Shown: positions 24,086 through 34,074 of the stretch, piece by piece
Layout of the letters: the number at the start of each line of letters is the position of its first letter
Position numbering within the stretch: position 1 is the stretch's first letter
Origin: a virus
Lineage: Duplodnaviria > Caudoviricetes
Virus record (IMG/VR): IMGVR_UViG_3300027808_000037
Location: 1-54,109 of that record
Strand: one strand, 5' to 3'
DNA: 54,109 nucleotides
The notes under the pieces: generated by a model
The model's input: only the letters and a program-made list of their open reading frames with translations
Databases searched by the model: none
Told to the model about the DNA's origin: nothing
Program-made: the position numbers and the translations under genes

Positions 24086-24706
24086 ATGAGTTTAGTCCCA
24101 ATGGTTATCGAAAAGACCGGTACAGGTGAACGTGCTTATGACATTTACAGTCGCTTACTCAAAGAGCGTATCGTTATGTTAGAAGGCGAAGTGCATGACC
24201 AAATGAGCAACCTAATCGTTGCACAATTACTTTTCCTTGAAGCAGAAAATCCCGAACGTGACATTACCCTGTTCATCAACAGTCCCGGTGGTAGTGTAAC
24301 AGCAGGCCTTGCGATTTACGATACAATGCAATTTATCAAATGCGATGTCGCAACCTATGTGATGGGACAAGCTGCAAGCATGGGGTCATTCTTAGCACAG
24401 GCAGGAGCACCGGGCAAGCGTAATGTATTGCCCGAAGCTCGTACAATGATTCACCGTGTTAGTTCAGGCACACGTGGCACAAGCGGAAGTGTACACGTAC
24501 AAGATCTACAGTTTGAAGATGCTAAACGTAGTTTTGAAGAAAGCGTTCGTATCAACAAGCGTCTGACAGAACTTTATGTGCGTCACAACACAGCAGGCAA
24601 GACATACGACGAATTGTTCAACACAATGAAGTTTGACACGTTCTTGAGTTCCGACGAGGCAGTTGCATATGGTCTTGCTGATAAGGTAGTTAGCAAGCGT
24701 GTCTAA
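24086..24706 (+). CDS. clpP: ATP-dependent Clp protease proteolytic subunit
   Basis: [35 protein letters not shown]. Confidence 0.96.
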   Translation: MSLVPMVIEKTGTGERAYDIYSRLLKERIVMLEGEVHDQMSNLIVAQLLFLEAENPERDITLFINSPGGSVTAGLAIYDTMQFIKCDVATYVMGQAASMGSFLAQAGAPGKRNVLPEARTMIHRVSSGTRGTSGSVHVQDLQFEDAKRSFEESVRINKRLTELYVRHNTAGKTYDELFNTMKFDTFLSSDEAVAYGLADKVVSKRV

Positions 24707-24796
24707 TACTCAAGTGTAATATATCTGTAACACTATACCATGTAAATAACATACTCGCTTGCCAGTAGCGTATAATAGGATAAGTCATTGGTGCTA

Positions 24797-24815
24797 AGGA
24801 CCTTCGGGTCCTTTT
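24797..24815 (+). terminator. Intrinsic terminator
   Basis: AAGGACC-TTCG-GGTCCTTTT. Confidence 0.8.
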
Positions 24816-24834
24816 CTATTGAATAAGTATTGCA

Positions 24835-25743
24835 ATGAAGATACAGTTTACTTTTAGCAATGACTTAAAGTTGGTATACAATTTATTTGATACAGATTCT
24901 GCTAAATTCTTTACTGATGCAGTTCAGCTTCTTACTCCAGCAGATATAAACCCAACTTCTTTTAAAAACGGTTTTGACTCCGAAACGTTTATCCCCGAAC
25001 GCATTGCTCGACTATACGCAGTTGCCGATACTATCAATTCACTGTACCCGGGACAAATAAACATTGTTCCATTGGGTTCCAATTGGAGGCAAGCATTACA
25101 GCAAATGCACACGCACTTTCCTGACCTTACGCACAATCTTCCCGGAGAAGAATTACAACGTGCAACTCCGTTACTGGGCGAGTTCAACGATCTGATACAT
25201 TGGTTGGAAAAGGAATTGAATAGAAAGCACAATGGCTCACTATTAGACAAGTCGTGGGCAACCATATGCTTAGATTTTAACCGTGCGCCTGACTGCTGTC
25301 ATGTTCCAATTCCTGAAAGTGATTACCAACACTTTACACATCAACTGTACTTTGGAAACCTACACTTACATTATGACAATGTAGGACGTCACCCTTGGGA
25401 ATTGTTTGGTAGTAAAGATTATGTTTGCCCTCAAGACCAGGTCATTAGTCAAACACAAATGAGTCCAAGTTGCAATATGTATTTTAACGATTGGGATATT
25501 CTACGTAATAATCAGCAAGCACTTAGTCTAGATAAGTACACAGCCAGATTTGATAAGTTTTATCACGAGCGAGGCGGCCAAAACTTTTTTAAGTATGCAC
25601 AAGATGATCCTCGACTTGCTGTTGGGTATTTGAAAATTGGGAAATTAGTAAATATCAATGACTTTAATTCTATTCTTGCTCGCGAACAATTGCGAACTCA
25701 ACTAGCTGCTAGCTCACTAATAGGATGGACTATCTTTGAATAA
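24835..25743 (+). CDS. Hypothetical protein of a family repeated next to radical SAM genes
   Basis: MHTHF ... FNDLIHWLE ... LHYDNVGR pattern shared with the 39722, 43616 and 44385 ORFs. Confidence 0.7.
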   Translation: MKIQFTFSNDLKLVYNLFDTDSAKFFTDAVQLLTPADINPTSFKNGFDSETFIPERIARLYAVADTINSLYPGQINIVPLGSNWRQALQQMHTHFPDLTHNLPGEELQRATPLLGEFNDLIHWLEKELNRKHNGSLLDKSWATICLDFNRAPDCCHVPIPESDYQHFTHQLYFGNLHLHYDNVGRHPWELFGSKDYVCPQDQVISQTQMSPSCNMYFNDWDILRNNQQALSLDKYTARFDKFYHERGGQNFFKYAQDDPRLAVGYLKIGKLVNINDFNSILAREQLRTQLAASSLIGWTIFE

Positions 25744-26848
25744 CATACGCTGGAACGACGTCAAAATCCTGCACTTAGAAATAACTGCATTATGCAACGC
25801 AGCCTGCCCTGCTTGTAGTAGATATCCAACATCTAGCTATTTTGTCCATCCTTACATTTCAACCAACGACACTTGGTCAATTGAGCAAGTCAAACAACGT
25901 TTACCGCCAGAAGATATTGCGGGCATTGAACTATTCTTTATTAACGGAACATTAGGTGACTTTATTGCAAACTTTCATGCACTAGAGATTATTGAGTATT
26001 TTCGAGCTTGCTCTCCGTACGCAAAGATACTTATAAACACAAACGGATCTGCTCGAACTCCCGAATGGTGGGCACGTCTTGGTAGTATTCCAAAGCTGCA
26101 TGTATCATTTGCAATCGACGGCTTACGGGATACGCATGAATTATATAGAAGAAATACAAACTGGGATAAGATTATAGAAAATGCACAGGCATTTATTCAA
26201 GCGGGTGGAAGTGCCGAATGGATAATGACTATATTCAAACATAACGAGCACCAAGTTGATGATTGCAATTCGCTAGCAGTACACTACGGATTTAAAAACT
26301 TTACAACTCGATTTAATAATCGAGCTCATGTACCAGTTCGTGATCGGTCAGGTAAAACAATTTATAAACTAGAGTCAGCAGCCAATACTCCATTAACAAT
26401 GTTGCAAGATATGAGTGAAGGCGACATGGTACGTAAAGAAGAAATGTACCAAGAACAAAAAATACTAGTAATCAAACAAGAAAAAATAAGCAAACCACTT
26501 AGTGGTGGTAGGCAAGATTGCGGAAGTTTAATCCGAGGTGAAATTTACATTAGCGCACAATGGGCAGTGGTGCCTTGTTGCTTTCTTGGCAATGCAATGT
26601 TTTACAAAGAGTCTGAACGATATTTTGCAGACATAGTCGATCTTGCAAAAGAGCACGGCGTAGACGTTTCTGATTTGGTCGCCACAGATAATAGAACAGT
26701 TGCAAGCATAGTAGATGCTGGCTTTGACTGGGTATACGAAAGTTTACACACTGATAAGGCACTGTCTGTTTGTTACAATAATTGTAATTCTAAAACAGCA
26801 CCTTTTGCCGTGGGCCAAACACATAGGACCTTTAAGAAACTACAGTAA
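25736..26848 (+). CDS. Radical SAM protein with a C-terminal SPASM/twitch-like Cys cluster
   Basis: CNAACPAC, NTNG, IDG, VVPCC ... CYNNC. Confidence 0.88.
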   Translation: MNNIRWNDVKILHLEITALCNAACPACSRYPTSSYFVHPYISTNDTWSIEQVKQRLPPEDIAGIELFFINGTLGDFIANFHALEIIEYFRACSPYAKILINTNGSARTPEWWARLGSIPKLHVSFAIDGLRDTHELYRRNTNWDKIIENAQAFIQAGGSAEWIMTIFKHNEHQVDDCNSLAVHYGFKNFTTRFNNRAHVPVRDRSGKTIYKLESAANTPLTMLQDMSEGDMVRKEEMYQEQKILVIKQEKISKPLSGGRQDCGSLIRGEIYISAQWAVVPCCFLGNAMFYKESERYFADIVDLAKEHGVDVSDLVATDNRTVASIVDAGFDWVYESLHTDKALSVCYNNCNSKTAPFAVGQTHRTFKKLQ

Positions 26849-26872
26849 ACGGACAAATTTCTTTTAAAAGAC

Positions 26873-26901
26873 TTGACAAACTGCTAACATTGTCGTATAA
26901 T
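26873..26901 (+). promoter_or_regulatory. Sigma70-type promoter for the NAD salvage operon
   Basis: TTGACA-N17-TATAAT. Confidence 0.8.
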
Positions 26902-26962
26902 AGAACTAAGTAAACACAGCAGAGGGATAGACCCCGAGCACATTTATTGTAAGGATTTTACA

Positions 26963-27289
26963 ATGTCAAAACTAACTCTCTTCGCAATCGAAGAACAAAT
27001 CAAACAACACGAGCAAGGTCTCAAAGACTTGCAGGCCCAATTAATTGAGGCCAAACTCGAAAGCCCCGATCACCAACTTGCAACAGAATTGCATAGCATG
27101 CTCTGCACTCATAACCATACTGACGGTTGCGGTTGGCACTATGAATTCAAAAACAAAAAGGATGACTGGACTGGGTATGCACATACCGAGTACTTGAAAA
27201 AGGCTCAAAAACTGATCGGGCACTGTGATCACAATGGTATGGACGTTACTGCCACACTTGGTGCATTCAAATTGGTAAGGGGTTATTAA
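26963..27289 (+). CDS. Hypothetical protein with a His/Cys-rich motif
   Basis: LHSMLCTHNHTDGCGW; AAGGA RBS. Confidence 0.75.
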   Translation: MSKLTLFAIEEQIKQHEQGLKDLQAQLIEAKLESPDHQLATELHSMLCTHNHTDGCGWHYEFKNKKDDWTGYAHTEYLKKAQKLIGHCDHNGMDVTATLGAFKLVRGY

Positions 27290-27290
27290 A

Positions 27291-28307
27291 ATGAAAAAAT
27301 ACGATACACTGGTTTTGATTGGCCGCTTTCAGCCATTCCACAATGCTCACCTTGAGATTGTAAAACGTGCGACCGCATTGTGCGATAAGTTGGTTATTGT
27401 AGTTGGTAGTTCGCGCCAACCACGCACTTACAAGAACCCGTTTACATTTGAAGAACGCCGTGCAATGATTCGATCTGCTACAGCAGGCTTGAGTCTGCAG
27501 ATTATGATCGAATCCAACACAGATACCATTTACAACGACCAGGCCTGGGCAGTCCGTGTTCAGCAAATTGTTGCCCAACACACAGTAGCAGGCGATCGCG
27601 TAGGCATCATTGGTCACAAGAAAGATGATTCAAGTTTCTACCTTGATATGTTCCCGCAGTGGGGTTACGAAGATGTTGAACTGGTTGAGTTCTTGAGCGC
27701 AGTTGATGTGCGTGACTTGTATTTCAAATACACATTCAACAGCAACTTTATCAAGAACGTTGTACCAGACAGCACTTACGATTCACTCATGGAGTTTCGC
27801 AAAACAGAAGACTTTGCACAAATTGTTCGTGAACGCGAGTTCATTGCCGAACACAATAAGCAGTATGCCGGACTCAAGTATCCTCCGATCTTTAGCACAG
27901 CAGACGCAGTTGTTATCTGTTCAGGCCATGTGCTAATGATCAAACGCAGAGCCGAGCCAGGTAAAGGTTTGTGGGCACTGCCTGGCGGTTATGTAAACGC
28001 CCGCACTGACAAGAGTGTAGAAGATGCGGCTATACGTGAGCTACGCGAAGAAACACAAATCAAAGTGCCTGCTCCTGTGTTGCGGGGCAGTATTAAACGC
28101 AGTAAGGTATTTGATGCAATTGATCGTAGCCCCCGTGGACGAATTATTACTCATGCTTTCCATATTGAATTGCCCGACGGCGAACTGCCAAAGGTAAAGG
28201 GAAGTGATGACGCAGAAAAGGCACGGTGGGTGCCTATTGCAGAAGTTCTTAGTGAACAATGCTTTGAAGACCACTACGAAATCCTACAGCATTTTGTAGG
28301 TGCCTAA
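27291..28307 (+). CDS. nadM: Bifunctional NMN adenylyltransferase / ADP-ribose pyrophosphatase (NadM-Nudix)
   Basis: GRFQPFHNAH (HxxH) and Nudix box PGG...AAIRELREET. Confidence 0.93.
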   Translation: MKKYDTLVLIGRFQPFHNAHLEIVKRATALCDKLVIVVGSSRQPRTYKNPFTFEERRAMIRSATAGLSLQIMIESNTDTIYNDQAWAVRVQQIVAQHTVAGDRVGIIGHKKDDSSFYLDMFPQWGYEDVELVEFLSAVDVRDLYFKYTFNSNFIKNVVPDSTYDSLMEFRKTEDFAQIVREREFIAEHNKQYAGLKYPPIFSTADAVVICSGHVLMIKRRAEPGKGLWALPGGYVNARTDKSVEDAAIRELREETQIKVPAPVLRGSIKRSKVFDAIDRSPRGRIITHAFHIELPDGELPKVKGSDDAEKARWVPIAEVLSEQCFEDHYEILQHFVGA

Positions 28308-28349
28308 GCGATAGACGCAAAGGTTAATTTACTTTAAAGGAACTTTAAA

Positions 28350-29747
28350 ATGAAACTCGCAAAAAACTTAATCTTAAACACTGACAGCTACAAAGTCAGC
28401 ATGTTCAAACAATACCCAGCAGGAACTACAGGTGTATACAGTTACATTGAATCCCGGGGTGGGCGTTACGATAGAACAGTGGTCTTTGGACTCCAGGCTT
28501 TTATCAAAGAATACTTACTTGAACCCATTACCCAAGCAGACATTGATATCGCAGATGAAATCCTTACCGCCCACGGTGAGCCATTTAACCGAGCAGGATG
28601 GCAATACATTCTTGACCAGCACGATGGATACCTCCCAGTTGTTATTAGGGCAGTCCCTGAAGGAACGGTTGTGCCTGTTAAAAATGTCTTGGCCACCATT
28701 GAAAACACAGACCCAGAATGCTTCTGGTTGACTACTTGGTTGGAAACTGCTTTGCTTCGTGCAGTGTGGTACGGTACTACTGTGGCAACACAAAGTTACA
28801 CAATTAAACAAGTTATTCTTGACTACTTGGAGCGCACTGGTGACCCTACTACTATTGATTTTAAGTTACACGACTTTGGTGCTCGTGGTGTTAGTAGCAT
28901 GGAGAGTGCTGGTATCGGCGGTGCCGCCCACCTTGTCAACTTTATGGGGACAGACACTATTTCGGGTGTGTTGTTTGCTCGTGAGTATTACAATGCTGGC
29001 ATTGCTGGTTTTTCAATTCCTGCAATGGAACATAGTACCGTAACAAGCTGGGGTCGTGAAGGAGAAGTAGATGCTTATAGAAACATGCTCAATCAGTTTG
29101 CAAAGCCTGGCGCTGTTCTGGCTGTCGTATCTGATAGTTACGACATCTACAATGCCGCAGAAAAACTCTGGGGTGAAGAACTTCGTCAACAAGTCATTGA
29201 TTCTGGGGCTACCGTTGTTATTCGTCCTGACAGTGGTGATCCTGTGGAAGTAAACCGCAAGTTGATCGAAATTCTTGGATCAAAGTTTGGATATACAAAA
29301 AACGCAAAAGGCTTTAAGGTACTCAACAATGTACGTCTTATTCAAGGTGATGGCATCAACGAACTTACTGTTCGCAGTATCCTTGGAGCGTTCATGGCCA
29401 TGGGATGGAGTGCTGACAACATTGCTTTTGGTATGGGCGGCGCACTGCTTCAAATTGTGGACCGCGACACACAACGATTCGCAATGAAGTGCAGTGCCAT
29501 GCAAATGAACGGTGAGTGGGTTGATGTTGTCAAAGACCCTGTCACTGACCCAGGTAAGAAGTCTAAAGCAGGTCGTGTGACTCTTTGGAAGAGTGGCGGC
29601 GAGTACGTGAGTGCAGTTGCTTGTCCAACTGGATGGCACGACAAGGCTATTGGTGACTTTGTTGACGTACTTGAAGAAGTTTACCGTGATGGTAAGTTGA
29701 TCAAGGAAATTGACTTTGCTACAGTTCGGGCAAACGCTCGCAAATAA
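28350..29747 (+). CDS. nadV: Nicotinamide phosphoribosyltransferase
   Basis: TDSYK, LHDFGARG, EHS, VSDSYD, IRPDSGDP, IQGDG, FGMGG. Confidence 0.95.
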   Translation: MKLAKNLILNTDSYKVSMFKQYPAGTTGVYSYIESRGGRYDRTVVFGLQAFIKEYLLEPITQADIDIADEILTAHGEPFNRAGWQYILDQHDGYLPVVIRAVPEGTVVPVKNVLATIENTDPECFWLTTWLETALLRAVWYGTTVATQSYTIKQVILDYLERTGDPTTIDFKLHDFGARGVSSMESAGIGGAAHLVNFMGTDTISGVLFAREYYNAGIAGFSIPAMEHSTVTSWGREGEVDAYRNMLNQFAKPGAVLAVVSDSYDIYNAAEKLWGEELRQQVIDSGATVVIRPDSGDPVEVNRKLIEILGSKFGYTKNAKGFKVLNNVRLIQGDGINELTVRSILGAFMAMGWSADNIAFGMGGALLQIVDRDTQRFAMKCSAMQMNGEWVDVVKDPVTDPGKKSKAGRVTLWKSGGEYVSAVACPTGWHDKAIGDFVDVLEEVYRDGKLIKEIDFATVRANARK

Positions 29748-29757
29748 GTGACAAGAT

Positions 29758-29789
29758 AGGTAGACAGAAATGTCTACCTGTTGTATAAT
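29758..29789 (+). terminator. Hairpin/terminator overlapping a promoter
   Basis: AGGTAGACA-GAAA-TGTCTACCT; TAGACA-N17-TATAAT. Confidence 0.6.
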
Positions 29790-29827
29790 AGTCGTATACT
29801 AACAAAGACATACATAAGGATTTTTTC

Positions 29828-30919
29828 ATGTCTTACTTTCTGAAATCTGGCAATACCTTCCGCGTAAGCACTAAAGAAGCCATGGATCTGCATGATTCGT
29901 TGCCTGCTGGTAACTACGTGGTCAAAGAAGCGCCAATGGATGGTCCATTGTACCTGGAGCACATTGAAAGCTTCGAAGTCAAGGGCAAGCGTTACGGCGA
30001 CCTTGATAAGAATACTGATCGTATTTTGCGCACATTCATGTCTCGCCCTGCATCAACTGGTGTAATGCTGGCAGGTGAAAAGGGTTCTGGTAAGAGTTTG
30101 CTGGCCAAGAACTTGGCAATCGAAGCTGCCAAGCGTATGGATATTCCTTGTATTGTGATCAACGCACCTTGGGTTGGTGACAAGTTCAATGCCTTTATGC
30201 AAATGATCGAACAGCCATGCATGGTGTTGTTTGATGAGTTTGAAAAGGTGTACGACGAAGAAGATCAGGAAAAAGCACTGACCTTGCTGGATGGTGTATT
30301 CCCAAGCAAGAAGTTGTTTGTTCTGACTTGTAACGACAAGTGGCGTGTGAACCAACACATGCGTAACCGTCCAGGTCGACTGTTCTACATGTTGGATTAC
30401 AAAGGTCTGGACTCCAACTTCATTACCGAATACTGTAATGACAATCTGAAGCCCGAACTGCAAAAGCACACTGAAAAACTGTGCCAAATTGCCAGCTTGT
30501 TTAGCCAGTTCAACTTCGACATGTTGAAAGCAACCGTTGAAGAAATGAATCGTTACGATGAAGAACCACAGGACGCACTACGTATGTTGAACGTCAAGCC
30601 CGAGTTCGACAATGGCAACAAGTTTACGTTCAAGATGATTCGCGAAGGTGACGAAGTCAAACCCGAAGATATGGATCGTAGTGAATGGACTGGCAATCCA
30701 CTGCAAACTCAAGTTGAGCTGAATGTCAAAGAATACGAAGATGAAAAAGACGAAGACGGTGACTTTGATTGGAACTGGAAACGTATTCGCTTCTCAGCGT
30801 CTGACCTGAAGAAGATTGACAGCCAATCTGGCAAGTTTGTTTTTGTCAACAACGATGGTGTCACACTAACACTTAACAAGGTTAACGAAAAGTCCTTTAG
30901 CTACTACGATGCGTTTTAA
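29828..30919 (+). CDS. AAA-family ATPase
   Basis: GEKGSGKS (Walker A), FDEFEK (Walker B), NRPGR. Confidence 0.9.
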   Translation: MSYFLKSGNTFRVSTKEAMDLHDSLPAGNYVVKEAPMDGPLYLEHIESFEVKGKRYGDLDKNTDRILRTFMSRPASTGVMLAGEKGSGKSLLAKNLAIEAAKRMDIPCIVINAPWVGDKFNAFMQMIEQPCMVLFDEFEKVYDEEDQEKALTLLDGVFPSKKLFVLTCNDKWRVNQHMRNRPGRLFYMLDYKGLDSNFITEYCNDNLKPELQKHTEKLCQIASLFSQFNFDMLKATVEEMNRYDEEPQDALRMLNVKPEFDNGNKFTFKMIREGDEVKPEDMDRSEWTGNPLQTQVELNVKEYEDEKDEDGDFDWNWKRIRFSASDLKKIDSQSGKFVFVNNDGVTLTLNKVNEKSFSYYDAF

Positions 30920-30932
30920 ACTAAAGTAGTAC

Positions 30933-31004
30933 AAAAGCGTTGTAGAAATACAACGCTTTTTTTTGACTAAAATGGTTGACAATCTGGGCCAGAACCAGTA
31001 TAAT
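30933..31004 (+). promoter_or_regulatory. Palindromic box/terminator plus early promoter
   Basis: AAAAGCGTTGTA-GAAA-TACAACGCTTTT; TTGACA-N17-TATAAT-AAACAC. Confidence 0.8.
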
Positions 31005-31030
31005 AAACACATAACAACAAGGAGTAGCTG

Positions 31031-31231
31031 ATGGCATACGTGGTAATGGATGCAATGCGCGAACAGTATTTCACTCGCAAAGGACTTGAAGGCCCTTTCA
31101 ACTTTGGTGGACGTGTACTGTACTATGATCCCAAGGCAGGCCAATACTGGGATCCACGGTCTGACTTTTATGTTGAACAGGATGAGATGGATCAGTTGCA
31201 AGATCAAATTGTGAATCGGCTGAGCAAGTAA
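31031..31231 (+). CDS. Early hypothetical protein
   Basis: AAGGAG RBS; YYDPKAGQYWDP. Confidence 0.75.
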   Translation: MAYVVMDAMREQYFTRKGLEGPFNFGGRVLYYDPKAGQYWDPRSDFYVEQDEMDQLQDQIVNRLSK

Positions 31232-31240
31232 GGAAGCAAG

Positions 31241-31636
31241 ATGAAGTTATCGGCTCACAGCAAAAATCGCTTAATGGAAACATTCAAGCTCTGGTCAGTG
31301 CCCAAGGAATTTGCTGATCCGATGTACAACTATCTTGTGTATGGATATGAGCCAGGTAGTTGTTTTACAGCAGTACTGGCAAATGATTTTGCCGGAGCAA
31401 TACAGCGTAGTCATCCTGGTAATACCATTGAAGCTTTCAAAGCACTGACGGGATGGATCAATGATACAATCCCGCCGACTGCAAGGGGCAGTTACCAAGC
31501 AGTGGTAGCCTGGATCAATTTAGAGCCAGGCCAGCGTCGAGCTATATTAGAACGTGGACGTCTGGTGTTCACAGCAGAAGATGAAATGATGTTGGTACTG
31601 GCCGGGGAAAAAACAATAGAACCTGTATTATGGTAA
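31241..31636 (+). CDS. Hypothetical protein
   Basis: AAGGA RBS. Confidence 0.75.
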   Translation: MKLSAHSKNRLMETFKLWSVPKEFADPMYNYLVYGYEPGSCFTAVLANDFAGAIQRSHPGNTIEAFKALTGWINDTIPPTARGSYQAVVAWINLEPGQRRAILERGRLVFTAEDEMMLVLAGEKTIEPVLW

Positions 31637-31645
31637 GGAATTAAA

Positions 31646-32032
31646 ATGAGATATTTGACAACAGAGCAAGCATTAAAGAACATGGTTGGATCAATCTTTC
31701 CTACCGTGACAGCGGCAGATGGTGAATTGATTTTTGAAAACTCCACCGACCGGTATGTGTTTTCGCATCACCAAGATTGTTGCGAGTCAGTGTACATTGA
31801 AAGCATTGTGGGAGATTTACAAGACTTGGTAAACACACCAATTTTGATTGCCGAGGAATCCACTGGAGACACACCAGCTGATTCGAACTTTCGTCCAAGT
31901 GAGTCTTACACATGGACTTTTTACAAGTTTGCAACCTTCAAAGGGTATGTAGACATTCGTTGGGTAGGTGAGTCAAATGGCTACTACTCTGAATCAGTTG
32001 ATGTAGAGCATACATCTAAGGTGCCAGCATGA
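31646..32032 (+). CDS. Phage hypothetical protein (HxQDCCE motif)
   Basis: [12 protein letters not shown] ... SNGYYSE. Confidence 0.75.
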   Translation: MRYLTTEQALKNMVGSIFPTVTAADGELIFENSTDRYVFSHHQDCCESVYIESIVGDLQDLVNTPILIAEESTGDTPADSNFRPSESYTWTFYKFATFKGYVDIRWVGESNGYYSESVDVEHTSKVPA

Positions 32033-32241
32033 AGTTGGACTTTTACCTAAAGTGGTTGGCCACAGTGGCAATTGTCCTGGCTACACTTGCAAACGCCTTT
32101 GATGTTGTTCCGCTTAACAAAGTCCTATTCCTTATTGGATGCGGACTATGGGGTTGGGTTGGTGTACTGTGGCGCCAGCCTAGTCTTTGGGGTTTAAACG
32201 CCTTTTGTGGAGTGGTTTACGTAGTTGGTTTGTTAAGGTAG
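32029..32241 (+). CDS. Small membrane protein
   Basis: Three hydrophobic segments; ATGA overlap. Confidence 0.7.
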   Translation: MKLDFYLKWLATVAIVLATLANAFDVVPLNKVLFLIGCGLWGWVGVLWRQPSLWGLNAFCGVVYVVGLLR

Positions 32242-32278
32242 TACTTTAGTAGGTAATACTTTAGTTAAGTTTCGCGAA

Positions 32279-32344
32279 TGTTGTAAAAATACAACAAAAT
32301 AGGGTCAGAAAACGGTTGACCAAAGGCCCAGAGTGCAGTATAAT
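32279..32344 (+). promoter_or_regulatory. Palindromic box plus early promoter
   Basis: TGTTGTA-AAAA-TACAACA; AAAACGG-TTGACC-N17-TATAAT. Confidence 0.8.
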
Positions 32345-32373
32345 AAACACTTAAACAGCAAAAAGGATCAAAG

Positions 32374-32643
32374 ATGAAAGCACTTAGCACCTGGATTGAG
32401 CAACAAAACAAGTGGGCCAGTTTGTTCAAGGGACAGCGCACAGAGCCTTTGTATGAGATCCAGACAGCGGCTGGACGTAAGCGAGTAGCAGAAGCTATTG
32501 ATTGTGCATTGAGTCCCGAGAATCTGTCGTGTGATGGCGAACTGCCCCGTAGTCAAGTCAACGCTCGTTATCGTGCATTGTCTGGGGCGGCCCGCGATTT
32601 GCTCAAGTTAGACCCATCTGTTCAAATCCACGAATACGCCTAA
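32374..32643 (+). CDS. Early hypothetical protein
   Basis: AAGGA RBS; LSPENLSCDGE. Confidence 0.75.
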   Translation: MKALSTWIEQQNKWASLFKGQRTEPLYEIQTAAGRKRVAEAIDCALSPENLSCDGELPRSQVNARYRALSGAARDLLKLDPSVQIHEYA

Positions 32644-32652
32644 GGAGTAGTT

Positions 32653-32811
32653 ATGATTCGATTTGCAATTGGTTTTTTGATGACGTTTGGTGCAGTTGGT
32701 ACCCTTGAAGTTGACCCCAATGCCAGCCTGCTTACTACAGCAGTTCTGGCAATTGTGGGCCTGACAATTATGGCATTTGGTGTTGCAAAAATACAACAAC
32801 AAAACGGTTGA
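32653..32811 (+). CDS. 52-aa membrane protein with two TM segments (not in the ORF track)
   Basis: AAGGAG RBS; MIRFAIGFLMTFGAVG... Confidence 0.65.
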   Translation: MIRFAIGFLMTFGAVGTLEVDPNASLLTTAVLAIVGLTIMAFGVAKIQQQNG

Positions 32812-32836
32812 CAGTTCGGACAAATCGCAGTATAAT
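32781..32836 (+). promoter_or_regulatory. Palindromic box plus early promoter
   Basis: TGTTGCA-AAAA-TACAACA; AAAACGG-TTGACA-N17-TATAAT. Confidence 0.8.
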
Positions 32837-32862
32837 AAACACTTAAACAACAAAAGGCTTAC

Positions 32863-32994
32863 ATGAAAAACACTTACCAAATCGCAACTGGCACAGTTAC
32901 TATCACTCCTACAGGCCTTATCCACAAAGCGTCTAACGCATACAGCGGCAAGATTGCACAAAAAGAAGCCAAACAAAAACCCGCAAAAAAGTAA
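32863..32994 (+). CDS. 43-aa basic protein (not in the ORF track)
   Basis: AAAGG RBS directly after a promoter. Confidence 0.55.
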   Translation: MKNTYQIATGTVTITPTGLIHKASNAYSGKIAQKEAKQKPAKK

Positions 32995-33058
32995 GGACAT
33001 TGGTTGACGTTTAGATCAAACGGCGTTATAATTAACACATAGCAACAAGGAGTTCAAA

Positions 33059-33622
33059 ATGGGTACACGTAGTCGAATTGGCGTTATGCATGGTGATGTT
33101 TGCAAAAGTGTTTACTGCCATTGGGACGGTTATATTGCACACAACGGTAAAATTCTGCAGGAACATTATGACTCAGCGAAAGCAAACCAACTTGTGGCCC
33201 TTGGGAACCTCAGTAGCCTTGGCAAACGCCTTGGCGAGAAGCACGCCTTTGACACTTACCACCTCACCCCAGAAGAACGTAAGCAACACGAGTTGGACCA
33301 CGGAGATTCATGCACGTTCTACGAACGTGACCGAGAAGAAGAAGGACAAGCCTGGAAAGTAGACCACACGTTTGCAGACTTCCTGGATCGTGTGGATGGT
33401 TGTGGCGCAGAGTATTACTACATCATGCGGGACAATGTCTGGTATGTTGGATGCCCGGACAAAGGTAGTAAACTGGTAGAACTGGCAGAAGCATTGGCAG
33501 AGAAAGATGAGCCTGATTCAGAGATCCAGGCAGATTTAAATGAAACATTAGGTTTGGATCGAAATACACGACTGGAAGATTTGGTTGCACACATTGAAGA
33601 GTTAGACGATGACGAAGCATGA
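33059..33622 (+). CDS. Early hypothetical protein (YCHWDGY motif)
   Basis: Own TTGACG-N17-TATAAT promoter and AAGGAG RBS. Confidence 0.8.
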   Translation: MGTRSRIGVMHGDVCKSVYCHWDGYIAHNGKILQEHYDSAKANQLVALGNLSSLGKRLGEKHAFDTYHLTPEERKQHELDHGDSCTFYERDREEEGQAWKVDHTFADFLDRVDGCGAEYYYIMRDNVWYVGCPDKGSKLVELAEALAEKDEPDSEIQADLNETLGLDRNTRLEDLVAHIEELDDDEA

Positions 33623-33807
33623 CTGGATTTGCTAGTAAAAAGAAAATGTCAACAGATAAACTTAAAGGAAATATTATGGGCGAACTTGATTATGATATCC
33701 AGGAAATGTTTATTGAAGGATGGGAAGCTGAAGAAATTGCTGACAAACTAAAACTCAGTCTTGGCAAGGTAGTGTCAGTACTGAATAGCTTTGGAGTAAC
33801 TGCATAA
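33619..33807 (+). CDS. Small protein, possibly HTH-like
   Basis: EEIADKLKLSLGKV. Confidence 0.55.
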   Translation: MTGFASKKKMSTDKLKGNIMGELDYDIQEMFIEGWEAEEIADKLKLSLGKVVSVLNSFGVTA

Positions 33808-34022
33808 TGTCAAACTACTCTGAACAATGGCCGCACCTGGCCCAAGTTACCAGCAATCTTGAAACACATCATGTTTCTTATGTTGGCGCACATTTAGAAG
33901 ATTACAGTGTTGAGGTACAAATTGATTATGCAGACTATACCGCATTCATCATCGAATACAGTGATTGGAGCGAACGCCAAGGTGCGCTCCAAGATGCGCT
34001 CGAGCCAGGGTACGATTGGTAG
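33807..34022 (+). CDS. Hypothetical protein
   Basis: TAATG coupling, GGAG RBS. Confidence 0.6.
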   Translation: MSNYSEQWPHLAQVTSNLETHHVSYVGAHLEDYSVEVQIDYADYTAFIIEYSDWSERQGALQDALEPGYDW

Positions 34023-34074
34023 ACTGGAGTCGGCACTAACACGAAAGCGTCTAGAACGAGAAAGAAAAGAGAAA

